Assembly (NCBI GenBank): GCA_903870175.1
Contig: CAIQBY010000166.1
Location: 1,395-65,394, forward strand
Direction: 5' to 3'
Source of the DNA: an uncultured Bacteroidota bacterium
Lineage (GTDB): Bacteria; Bacteroidota; Bacteroidia; 2-12-FULL-35-15
Length of the DNA stretch: 64,000 bases
Positions 1-9,049 of this stretch are shown here, one piece after another. The translations under genes were made by a program, and so were the position numbers. Within the stretch, counting starts at the first letter, position 1; the number at the start of each line of letters is the position of its first letter. The notes below the pieces were generated by a model. The model saw only the letters and a list, made by a program, of their open reading frames with translations, was not told the DNA's origin and ran no database searches.

Positions 1-2
1 AA

Positions 3-2222
3 ATGCAAGACGAGCCCGTTATTGATATAGAACAGGAAAAAAAAGAAATTCTTAAAAGGTATCGTTCTTTATTAAGGGCGTGCAAACGTACTATAGAAAA
101 GGGCGACAAGCTTCTCATCCGCAAGGCCTTTGATATTGCGCTGGAAGCGCATAAAGATATGCGCAGGAAATCCGGCGAACCATATATTTATCATCCTATT
201 GCTGTAGCTCATATTTGTGCTGAAGAAATTGGGCTTGGAACAACGTCTGTAGTATGTGCTTTATTACATGATGTGGTGGAAGATACCGATTTAACTTTAG
301 AAGATATCAGAGGTTTGTTTGGTGACAAGGAGGCGAAAATTATTGATGGTCTCACAAAAATATCAGGTGTTTTTGATCAGGGTTCTTCACAACAGGCTGA
401 GAATTTCAGGAAAATGTTACTCACTCTTTCTGATGATATACGTGTAATACTTATTAAACTGGCCGATAGATTGCATAATATGCGTACTCTTGACAGCATG
501 CAGCGCGACAAACAATTAAAGATTGCTTCCGAAACACTTTATTTATATGCTCCTTTGGCGCATCGTCTCGGGTTGAATGTTATTAAAACAGAGCTGGAAG
601 ATTTAGGTTTGAAATATACCGAGCCTGCTGTTTATAATGATATTCAGCAGAAATTAAAAGATACTGAACCTGAGCGCAAGAAATTTATTGCCAAATTTAT
701 TATTCCGATTAAAGAAATTTTAGAAGAGCAGGGAATAAAATTTAAAATCATCGGGCGTCCCAAATCGATATATTCAATCTATTCTAAAATAAAAACCAAA
801 GGAGTTACTTTCGAAGAGATATTTGATTTGTTCGCTATCCGAATTATTATCGACACGCCTCTTGATACTGAAAAAGCTGATTGCTGGCGTGTGTATTCTA
901 TTGTTACCGATTTTTATTTGCCGAGTCCTGACCGTTTAAGAGATTGGATTTCTACACCGAAGGCAAATGGTTATGAAAGTCTGCATGCCACAGTAATGGG
1001 CCCTGAAGGCAAATGGGTGGAAGTGCAAATAAGGACAGCGCGCATGGATGAGCTGGCGGAGAAAGGATATGCCGCACACTGGAAATATAAAGACAGTGCT
1101 AACGAAACTCAATTGGACGAATGGATTAGAAAGATACGTGAAGTACTTGAAAACCCTGAAGAAAATGCACTTGAGTTTATTGATGATTTCAAACTGAATT
1201 TATTTGCTGATGAAATATTTGCATTTACTCCGAAAGGAGAAATAAAAACGCTGCCAAAAAATTCCACTGCTCTTGATTTTGCATTTGACATACATACTAA
1301 GGTTGGTGAAAAGTGTATCGGTGCAAAGGTTAATCATAAATTAGTTCCGTTAAGTTATAAATTAAAAAGCGGAGATCAGGTTGAAGTGCTTACATCGAGC
1401 AAACAAAAACCAAAGGAAGACTGGCTTAATTATGTGGTTACTGCACGGGCAAAGAGTAAAATAAAAGCAGCTTTAAAAGAAGAAAAACGAATAATTGCTA
1501 AAGAAGGAAAAGCAATATTGGAGCGCAAACTCAATCATTTAAAACTGGATTTTACTACTCATAATATCAATCAGCTTGTCACTCATTTCAAGCTTCCTAC
1601 GAGTCAGGAATTATTTTATCGTGTGGCGTTAGGTAATATTGATGTCAAACATTTAAAGGATTTTCATCAAGACAATGGTAAAATTACACATAAATCTGCC
1701 GGACAAAAGAAAGCGGATGCGCCGCCTACTTTAGAGCAAATGGTTACTGCGGCTCGCGGCAAAACGGATTTGCTGGTTATTGGTGAAAATCTTCAGAAGA
1801 TAGATTATAAACTTTCGCCCTGCTGTAATCCTATCCCGGGCGATGATGTGTTTGGATTTATAACTATTAATGAAGGAATAAAAATACATCGTGTTAATTG
1901 TCCTAACGCAATTCAGCTGTTATCTAACTATGCATACCGCGTGGTTAAAGCAAAATGGACCAGTCAGGAACTTATTTCATTTCTTGCAGGCATTAAAATT
2001 ACTGGTATTGACGAAGTAGGTATTGTAAATAATATTACAAAAATTATTTCGAATGAGTTGAATGTAAATATGCGTTCACTCAATTTTGATACTAACGACG
2101 GCACTTTCGACGGCACAGTTATGGTATTCGTTCAGGATACAAATCATCTTACCGAACTGATGAAAAAACTTAAAAAGGTAAATGGTGTACTTACAGTTAC
2201 CCGTATGGACGCTAACGATTAG
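3..2222 (+). CDS. relA: Bifunctional (p)ppGpp synthetase/hydrolase, RelA/SpoT homolog (RSH)
   Basis: 739 aa. HD hydrolase motif (LLHDVVEDT), RelA/SpoT synthetase region (IYSIYSKI..), TGS and C-terminal ACT-like regions. Full-length architecture typical of long RSH proteins. Confidence 0.95.
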   Translation: MQDEPVIDIEQEKKEILKRYRSLLRACKRTIEKGDKLLIRKAFDIALEAHKDMRRKSGEPYIYHPIAVAHICAEEIGLGTTSVVCALLHDVVEDTDLTLEDIRGLFGDKEAKIIDGLTKISGVFDQGSSQQAENFRKMLLTLSDDIRVILIKLADRLHNMRTLDSMQRDKQLKIASETLYLYAPLAHRLGLNVIKTELEDLGLKYTEPAVYNDIQQKLKDTEPERKKFIAKFIIPIKEILEEQGIKFKIIGRPKSIYSIYSKIKTKGVTFEEIFDLFAIRIIIDTPLDTEKADCWRVYSIVTDFYLPSPDRLRDWISTPKANGYESLHATVMGPEGKWVEVQIRTARMDELAEKGYAAHWKYKDSANETQLDEWIRKIREVLENPEENALEFIDDFKLNLFADEIFAFTPKGEIKTLPKNSTALDFAFDIHTKVGEKCIGAKVNHKLVPLSYKLKSGDQVEVLTSSKQKPKEDWLNYVVTARAKSKIKAALKEEKRIIAKEGKAILERKLNHLKLDFTTHNINQLVTHFKLPTSQELFYRVALGNIDVKHLKDFHQDNGKITHKSAGQKKADAPPTLEQMVTAARGKTDLLVIGENLQKIDYKLSPCCNPIPGDDVFGFITINEGIKIHRVNCPNAIQLLSNYAYRVVKAKWTSQELISFLAGIKITGIDEVGIVNNITKIISNELNVNMRSLNFDTNDGTFDGTVMVFVQDTNHLTELMKKLKKVNGVLTVTRMDAND

Positions 2223-2243
2223 TTGATTGCTGACTTCTTTCTT

Positions 2244-3098
2244 TTATAAACTTGCAATAAAAGGTATTATTACAAACAATCCTAAAATAATTATGCCCAA
2301 TACCAAACCTGTTATTGCATAATGACGATAAATAACATCTCTAGGATTATCCCGAATATATCTAAAAGTACGCACTGCTCTCGTAATAGCCATAATACTA
2401 AGTACGATTGCTGCAATGTAAAGAGCCGAACCTAAAATTATCAATGCAGCTCCGCCAACTCCTACTGTAAGCAGAGCAAATGCCCCAAGTAAAATAAATA
2501 GAAGTGCAGCTAAAATAAACCCTAAAGCAGCCAAACCAAAGTTCCTGGAACTTTTTGCTATATTTTCTGTTTCAGAATGTTTGACCATTTTATTGGAATC
2601 TTTTAATCTATAATCATCCGGTTCCGGTTCCTTATATGATTTCAGCACTTCCGGATTCTCTTCCTTCCCGTTGCTATAAGTAATTCCTGCTATTTTATCT
2701 TTACTTATTGTTCTTATTACTTCCCTAACATCGTCGCAATCTTTATATTTTACTGACGAATTATTTATCTCGGTTACTTTTCCATGAATTACTGATTTGT
2801 CTTTTAATCGTATTACGTCGCATGAATCGCTTACCGCAACAGGTTTTTCAATTGAGATTAATGGTGAAGGTTTTTCAATAATTATCGGCGTTATGTCGTT
2901 GCCGGCAGAAGCGGAAATATCATTCGAAATATTTTTTTCGTTATCAGTTGTCTCCTTTTCAGGGGCAGTATTTTTATTGGCATTTATTTTTTTATTCCAT
3001 TGGATGCTGTATCCATTCATATAATGACGTTTTTGGATGGAACAGCTTGTCATCAAAAAAACAATAAGCAAAGGAATCAGGAAGAATAATTTTTTCAT
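2244..3098 (-). CDS. Hypothetical lipoprotein with C-terminal multi-helix membrane anchor
   Basis: ORF 2244..3200, but the likely start is the internal ATG at 3098 (MKKLFFLIPLLIVFLMTSC, a lipoprotein signal with lipobox Cys). C-terminus has three hydrophobic helices. No recognisable catalytic domain. Confidence 0.55.
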   Translation of the reverse strand: MKKLFFLIPLLIVFLMTSCSIQKRHYMNGYSIQWNKKINANKNTAPEKETTDNEKNISNDISASAGNDITPIIIEKPSPLISIEKPVAVSDSCDVIRLKDKSVIHGKVTEINNSSVKYKDCDDVREVIRTISKDKIAGITYSNGKEENPEVLKSYKEPEPDDYRLKDSNKMVKHSETENIAKSSRNFGLAALGFILAALLFILLGAFALLTVGVGGAALIILGSALYIAAIVLSIMAITRAVRTFRYIRDNPRDVIYRHYAITGLVLGIIILGLFVIIPFIASL

Positions 3099-3389
3099 TA
3101 ATAAAATGATTGTTACAGGCTGCAAAGTTAGTTTAATAAATAAACTGATAAAATAAGTTGTGGGATTCGATTGACCTATTTCCAGATTTACTTTCGCCAA
3201 AAAATATTTTCCCTTTCTTCTCCTAATTCAACAAATTTAGCTTTGTATAAAATTCCTTTTCTGCCAGTTTTTATTTTCAGCCATCTTTTATAGAGTTTTT
3301 TTAAGACCACTTTTTGTTTTAACTTTTAGGGAAATGCTCAACTATTCTTCAACTAAACTTCTAAAAGGTGAAAAAGCACTTCTTCTCCA

Positions 3390-3625
3390 TTTTTCTGAAA
3401 ATCTGTTAAGATTTTCGGAAAACTTGTGATGATTTTCGGAAAACAATCAAACGATGATGAAAATTTGCAAAGATTTTCGGAAAACTTACAATGATTTTCA
3501 GAAAATTTGTGATGATTTCAAGTAATCTTTGAATGATTCATGAAATCAGTGAAGATTTTGTAAAAATGTTAAATGATTTTCAGTAAATCTTTGAAGAGTT
3601 TCAGTAAATCTTCAAAGATGTCCAA
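3390..3625. repeat. Degenerate 21-bp tandem repeat array (~11 units, consensus ~GATTTTCGGAAAACTTGTGAT) in divergent intergenic region
   Basis: Unit starts recur every 21 bp (gattttcggaaaacttgtgat / gattttcagaaaatttgtgat / gattttcagtaaatctttgaa ...). Lies between the start of the minus-strand lipoprotein gene and the plus-strand T9SS gene. Confidence 0.8.
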
Positions 3626-3867
3626 AAAAGGCTTTTTTGCGTTCAAAATATCAATTTAATACAGTGATAATAAGTAAATCAATCAATAATTAAACACTTA
3701 AAATTTAGAAATCATATTAAAGTTAAATGTTAAAATAGTGTTTTATTACTTTTTTATGGCATTTGTAAAGTATATGTCGGACGATTTTGGTTCATTTCAA
3801 AATAGATGACGTCCTGAAAGCAAAAGACGACTTATTTCCAAAAATCACTCTTATATATAAGATAGAT

Positions 3868-3880
3868 TGTTTAGTTTTGT
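3868..3880 (+). promoter_or_regulatory. Candidate Bacteroidota -7 promoter box (TAnnTTTG) upstream of T9SS gene, inside duplicated module A
   Basis: ttTAGTTTTGtaaaacc lies ~25 bp upstream of the TTG start. The identical box recurs at 4851..4863 upstream of the second gene. Confidence 0.35.
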
Positions 3881-3898
3881 AAAACCAAATCCGCACAA

Positions 3899-4843
3899 TT
3901 GAAAAAGTACCTGTTTTTATTTATTGGAATACTGTTTTTTGTGAATGTAAAGGCGCAAGTACCAAATTTTTTTGTTGATGGCTCTGTTTGGTCATATTAT
4001 ACACAGGAAAGCTATGAACCTAATATGTGTACAACTCAAAACACATTGGAGAATGATTCAATACAAGGAGATACGGTAATAAATAGTATTAGTTATAAAA
4101 AATTATTTGCCTTGAGTCAGGTATCTATTCAAACTTATTATCCTTGTTATAATGGCACTACTTATCCAGTTGGTACAACTCTAAAATTTATTCGATATGA
4201 TACAGTAACGAGAAAACTATTTATGAAAAATGATACCGGCACTTATGTACCTGAAATACTGTTATACAATTTTAATCTCATCGCAGGAGATACGATTCCA
4301 CTTATTCCTGGCTACAATAGTGGTTTTAGTGGATGTAGAATTATTGATTCCGTAAAAAGTATTATATTTTTTGGAATCCCTGTTCGCAAATTTTATATGC
4401 CTTATATGCCGAGTAATCATCAGGGAAATTATATTATTGAAGGAATGGGAGGCTCAAATGGGTTAACTTTTTTTCAGCCTCAAATGATTTTATCGTCAGG
4501 CGGATATTATTTAACATCACTTAATTGTTTTAAATCTGGAAATAATGTTTACCCAAATGGGGCTTCTTGTCCTTCATTTATTCCAGTAGGCATCCAAGAA
4601 CTCCAAAACAAAACAACATTAGAACTTTCGCCAAACCCAAATAACGGCAGCTTCACAATTACAAGCAATAATCCACAACTAAAAACCATACATATATATA
4701 ATGTACTTGGCGAAGAAGTTTTTCATTCCGAAATCAACAATACTAAATCCGAAATCATAACAAACAATTTGCCAACGGGAATATATTTTGTAAAAGTTTC
4801 TTCGGAAAAAGAAGTGCTTACAAAAATGATGGTGAAGGAATAA
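3899..4843 (+). CDS. Secreted protein with T9SS (Por) C-terminal sorting domain
   Basis: 314 aa with a TTG start. Signal peptide MKKYLFLFIGILFFVNVKA. The last ~75 aa (LSPNPNNGSFTI...GIYFVKVSSEKEVLTKMMVKE) are a typical T9SS type-A CTD. Confidence 0.75.
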   Translation: MKKYLFLFIGILFFVNVKAQVPNFFVDGSVWSYYTQESYEPNMCTTQNTLENDSIQGDTVINSISYKKLFALSQVSIQTYYPCYNGTTYPVGTTLKFIRYDTVTRKLFMKNDTGTYVPEILLYNFNLIAGDTIPLIPGYNSGFSGCRIIDSVKSIIFFGIPVRKFYMPYMPSNHQGNYIIEGMGGSNGLTFFQPQMILSSGGYYLTSLNCFKSGNNVYPNGASCPSFIPVGIQELQNKTTLELSPNPNNGSFTITSNNPQLKTIHIYNVLGEEVFHSEINNTKSEIITNNLPTGIYFVKVSSEKEVLTKMMVKE

Positions 4844-4881
4844 GATAGATTGATTAGTTTTGTAAAACCAAATCCTCACAA

Positions 4882-5475
4882 TTGAAAAAGTACCTGTTTT
4901 TATTTATTGGAATACTGTTTTTTGTGAATGTCTCATGTAAAAAAGACCAGTCAATAATTAATGTAGTTATTCCAAACGGTGATTTTGAAAATTGGGATTG
5001 GTTACAATTCCCTCAAAATTGGAAAACTAATAGCTGCCCGCCATGCACACCACCTTACGAAATGAATATAGCTCAGGAAGATTCCCTTGAAGTATATCAT
5101 GGAAAATACAGTGTAAAATTAATATATAATTTAACTCCACCGATTTTGGGAGCTGCACCAACATGGTTAAAAAATAAATTTGCAATCACTGACCATCCTA
5201 ATAATTTGCATGGATATATTAAGTGCAATATACATGGTACAGATACTGTGTACATCGGAATCAAGTTGTTGAATAGAGGAGTAACAGTTGATGAAGGAAA
5301 TTGGAAAAGCACTGTAACAATAAACAATTGGACTTTAGTTAACATTCCAATTTCACAATCAAACTCAACAATTGATTCTGCTCTTATAACAATTATTGGA
5401 GGGAAATTCAAAGACTCAACCACAACTATGACGAATAGTACTACGTTTTGGGTTGATAATTTATTTTTGAATTGA
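4882..5475 (+). CDS. Hypothetical secreted protein (lipoprotein-like) sharing signal peptide with upstream T9SS gene, lacking a CTD
   Basis: 197 aa with a TTG start. The first 16 aa and ~90 bp upstream are identical to gene 3899. VNVSC suggests a lipobox. An in-frame stop comes before the orphan CTD fragment at 5508..5583. Confidence 0.5.
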   Translation: MKKYLFLFIGILFFVNVSCKKDQSIINVVIPNGDFENWDWLQFPQNWKTNSCPPCTPPYEMNIAQEDSLEVYHGKYSVKLIYNLTPPILGAAPTWLKNKFAITDHPNNLHGYIKCNIHGTDTVYIGIKLLNRGVTVDEGNWKSTVTINNWTLVNIPISQSNSTIDSALITIIGGKFKDSTTTMTNSTTFWVDNLFLN

Positions 5476-5507
5476 AAAAATTGAGATGGCAATAAAATTC
5501 ATATAGA

Positions 5508-5583
5508 TTTGCCAACGGGAATATATTTTGTAAAAGTTTCTTCGGAAAAAGAAGTGCTTACAAAAATGATGGTGAAGGAATAA
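5508..5583 (+). pseudogene. Orphan 3' fragment of a T9SS C-terminal sorting domain (duplicate of 4768..4843)
   Basis: 76 bp identical to the last 25 codons plus stop of gene 3899..4843. It is not in frame with, and is separated by a stop from, gene 4882..5475. Confidence 0.7.
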
Positions 5584-5760
5584 ACACCGCGATTCGTAAA
5601 TTCGTACTATTAGTTATCCGTACCTACTTTGCTCCCTATGCAGAAAATAAAATAACATATCTTCATTATTTATCAACCAATAAAAATTCACACACTTATT
5701 ATCCTTAATTTTGCCGCGCAACTTTCAAACTTTGAACTTTACAATTTTGAACTAATTAAA

Positions 5761-6858
5761 ATGAGCGGCAATACTTTCGGAACAATTTTCAAATTAACCA
5801 CTTTTGGCGAATCTCACGGAGAAGCCATCGGCGGAATAATTGACGGTTGTCCTGCCGGATTAGTCATTGATTTCGATTTTATTCAACATGAATTGGAACG
5901 CAGAAAACCCGGGCAATCCAACATCGTTTCGCAACGAAAAGAAAGCGACAAAGTTCAATTTCTTTCCGGCATTCTCGACGGCAAAACCATAGGCACTCCA
6001 ATAGGTTTTATTATTAAAAACGAAAATCAAAAACCGCAGGATTACGAACATATAAAAGACATCTATCGCCCGTCTCACGCCGATTATACTTACCAGACAA
6101 AATACGGAATAAGAGATTATCGTGGCGGCGGACGGTCATCTGCCCGCGAAACAATAAGCAGAGTGGTGGCAGGAGCAATTGCAAAATTAATATTGAAACA
6201 GTCCGGAATATCAATAAATGCCTACACTTCGCAGGTTGGTGATATTAAATTATTGAAGGATTATCACGAACTCGATTTATCAATGACAGAATCAAACGCC
6301 ATCCGTTGTCCCGATAAATTAATTGCCGAAACAATGATTCAGCGCATCGAGCAGGTTCGCAAAGCAGGAGATACAATAGGCGGAATAATAAGCTGCATAA
6401 TTAAAGGAACACCTGCAGGGCTTGGCGAGCCTGTGTTTGATAAGCTTCATGCTGATTTAGGAAAAGCAATGCTGAGCATCAATGCAGTAAAAGGTTTTGA
6501 ATATGGCAGCGGTTTCGAAGGAGTAAAAATGAAAGGCAGTGAACATAATGATGCTTTTATTCCGAACACCAGTCTTGATGAAATGATGATGAGACATCAA
6601 ACCAAAACCAATAACAGCGGCGGAATTCAAGGAGGAATATCAAATGGAGAAGATATTTATTTCAGAGTAGCATTTAAACCTGTCGCTACTATTATGCAAT
6701 CTCAGGAAACAATAAATTCAAAAGGAGAACCGGCAGAAATGCAAGGCAAAGGCAGGCACGACCCTTGCGTATTGCCACGCGCAGTGCCTATTATAGAAGC
6801 TATGGCTGCACTCGTTTTAGCAGATCATTTATTAAGAAATAAAACAAATAAAATGTAA
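5761..6858 (+). CDS. aroC: Chorismate synthase
   Basis: 365 aa. N-terminal FGESHG, and conserved chorismate synthase blocks ([19 protein letters not shown]). Confidence 0.95.
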   Translation: MSGNTFGTIFKLTTFGESHGEAIGGIIDGCPAGLVIDFDFIQHELERRKPGQSNIVSQRKESDKVQFLSGILDGKTIGTPIGFIIKNENQKPQDYEHIKDIYRPSHADYTYQTKYGIRDYRGGGRSSARETISRVVAGAIAKLILKQSGISINAYTSQVGDIKLLKDYHELDLSMTESNAIRCPDKLIAETMIQRIEQVRKAGDTIGGIISCIIKGTPAGLGEPVFDKLHADLGKAMLSINAVKGFEYGSGFEGVKMKGSEHNDAFIPNTSLDEMMMRHQTKTNNSGGIQGGISNGEDIYFRVAFKPVATIMQSQETINSKGEPAEMQGKGRHDPCVLPRAVPIIEAMAALVLADHLLRNKTNKM

Positions 6859-6875
6859 AAACAAAGTACTTCACA

Positions 6876-6926
6876 TTCCGTCACCCCTCTCCTTTTTTCA
6901 AGGAGAGGGGCTGGGGGTGAGGTAGC
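6876..6926. terminator. GC-rich palindrome after aroC (CCCCTCTCC..GGAGAGGGG, with a second overlapping inverted repeat)
   Basis: tcacccctctccttttttcaaggagaggggctgggggtgagg forms a stable hairpin in an AT-rich region between aroC and the OmpA gene. Confidence 0.5.
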
Positions 6927-6938
6927 AACAAAAAATAT

Positions 6939-8951
6939 ATGTACAAAACCATCCTCTTTTTATTCTTCACTTTTATTTATTTCAATTCTTTTTCACAGGA
7001 CGAAAAACCTTGTCAGGAAATTGATAATGCTAAAGCAGTAGCTCTTTATAAACAAGGTATCGATAAGAAAAATAAAAAAGAAGAACGGCTTGATTATCTT
7101 AAAAAAGCACTTGATTTGGAACCAGATTATGTAGATGCCAATTTTGCTTATGCTGAAGAAAAAATAAAAACATTGATTTATCAGAACGCACCTTTTAAGC
7201 CTACTGAGCCTTATTTTAAGAAGGTAATTCAAATCTGTCCAAAGTATCATTCCGATCCGTATTATTATCTTGGTTTTATTTATTATGAAGAAGAAAAATG
7301 GGATAGCTGTGCAAAATATTTAAAAAGTTTCATGAATTATAAATCGGATGATGATACTAAATTCAATAAAAATTATCCTGCATTTATGTCGCAGGCAAAG
7401 GATATGATGAGTTATGCAAAAGTGTATAATGAAATATTCAATCATCCTGTTCCCTTCGATCCGAAACCTGTGGAAGGAATAAGTACAGAGCGTGATGAGT
7501 ACCTGCCGATAATTTCTCCGGATGATGAAACAATGTATTTCACACGCCGAATGCCATATCAAAGCAAAACTGGAATATCAGGTGCAACATACGATAACGA
7601 AATAGAAGTTTTTAGTTTAAGTAAACGAGATGGTGTAACTCATAAATTCAGTAAAGGCGGAGCAATGCCTCCTCCATTTAATACAGGGAACAATGAAGGC
7701 GGTGCAACAATAAGTATTGACAATAAACATTTGTATTTCACAATTTGTAAGGATGAAAAAGGAGCGGCAGGAAATTGTGATATATATTATTCAGATTTGG
7801 TGGACGGAGTCTGGACAAAACCTGAGAAAGTGCCGGGAATAAACGATCCTGTTTACTGGGATTCACAGCCTACTCTAGCTTCCGATGGTAAAACATTGTA
7901 TTTTGCAAGTGACCGGAAAGGCGGTTATGGTGGTGTTGATTTATATGTAACAGTAAAAGATGAAGTTACAAACCAATGGAGCAAGCCTGAAAATCTCGGT
8001 AAGACTATTAATACCAATGGAGATGAAAAGTCACCTTTTATTCACTCCGATTTTCAAACACTCTACTTTTCTTCAAACGGACTGCCCGGTGTTGGAGGAT
8101 TTGATATTTTCTTTTCCCGTAAAAATGAGAAAGGTGCCTGGTCAGAGCCTAAAAATATTGGAGTTCCGATCAATACCAATTCGGATGACTTAGGCTTTTT
8201 TGTTAGTACCGACGGGCATCTTGGCTACTTCGCTTCCAATGTTCATTCGCAAATGAAAAATAAATCTATTGGGGGATATGATATTTACGCATTTGATTTG
8301 TATAAAGAGGCGCGACCTGATGAAGTAGCTTTTATCAAAGGAAAGGTTGAAGATTTAGGGAACGCACCGGCTAAGAAATTTGATGTGGAAGTGAAAGATG
8401 CCACCACAAAGAAAACTACTAAAGCGATGGTAGATACTATTACCGGCGAATATTCGGTGGTTGTTGACAGAAAGGAAAAACATGATTTGATTGTGGAAGT
8501 TAAAAAGGAAAATTACGCTTTCAGTTCTCAGTTAATTCATAAGGATTCAATAGTGAATGCTAAACCTGTTAAAGTAAAAGTAACTGCCGATACTATCAAA
8601 GTTGGGCAAACTTATTTACTTAACAATATTTATTATGCGACCAATTCATCGGTTCTCGATCCTCGCTCTAATATTGTTATAGATGAGTTTGTCGAGTTTT
8701 TGAAAGCGCATCCTTCAATGAAAATTGAAATTCACGGACATACTGATAATGTAGGAAATGACAAAGCAAATCTTGCTTTGTCAACAGACAGAGCATTTAC
8801 AGTTCGTGATTTATTGCTTGCAAAAGGAATTGCTGAAAAACGTTTGATAGCCTTTAAGGGATTCGGTGCCACAAAACCTATAGCTGATAATTCTTCGGAA
8901 GCAGGGCGTGCAAAGAACAGAAGAACCGAGTTTGTAATCGTTGAAAAGTAA
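6939..8951 (+). CDS. OmpA-family outer-membrane-associated protein with TPR and TolB-like beta-propeller (WD40-like) repeats
   Basis: 670 aa. Signal peptide. TPR-like N-terminus, repeated TolB/WD40-like blocks (DGKTLYFASDR.., TLYFSSNG..), and a C-terminal OmpA peptidoglycan-binding domain (HGHTDNVGNDKANLALSTDRAFTVRDLL..NRRTEFVIV). Confidence 0.85.
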   Translation: MYKTILFLFFTFIYFNSFSQDEKPCQEIDNAKAVALYKQGIDKKNKKEERLDYLKKALDLEPDYVDANFAYAEEKIKTLIYQNAPFKPTEPYFKKVIQICPKYHSDPYYYLGFIYYEEEKWDSCAKYLKSFMNYKSDDDTKFNKNYPAFMSQAKDMMSYAKVYNEIFNHPVPFDPKPVEGISTERDEYLPIISPDDETMYFTRRMPYQSKTGISGATYDNEIEVFSLSKRDGVTHKFSKGGAMPPPFNTGNNEGGATISIDNKHLYFTICKDEKGAAGNCDIYYSDLVDGVWTKPEKVPGINDPVYWDSQPTLASDGKTLYFASDRKGGYGGVDLYVTVKDEVTNQWSKPENLGKTINTNGDEKSPFIHSDFQTLYFSSNGLPGVGGFDIFFSRKNEKGAWSEPKNIGVPINTNSDDLGFFVSTDGHLGYFASNVHSQMKNKSIGGYDIYAFDLYKEARPDEVAFIKGKVEDLGNAPAKKFDVEVKDATTKKTTKAMVDTITGEYSVVVDRKEKHDLIVEVKKENYAFSSQLIHKDSIVNAKPVKVKVTADTIKVGQTYLLNNIYYATNSSVLDPRSNIVIDEFVEFLKAHPSMKIEIHGHTDNVGNDKANLALSTDRAFTVRDLLLAKGIAEKRLIAFKGFGATKPIADNSSEAGRAKNRRTEFVIVEK

Positions 8952-9049
8952 GGTTTTCCACCTCATTTTATTCACTTTATTTAACCTGCCTTAACATCAA
9001 ATTATTATTATCTTTGCGCCCTTAAATTTCAGTTTTACATTAAAAATAA

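Noticed and set aside
3390-3625. Possible CRISPR array
   Set aside because: The units abut directly with no repeat/unique-spacer alternation. The repeats are degenerate and only ~21 bp, and there are no cas genes in the window.
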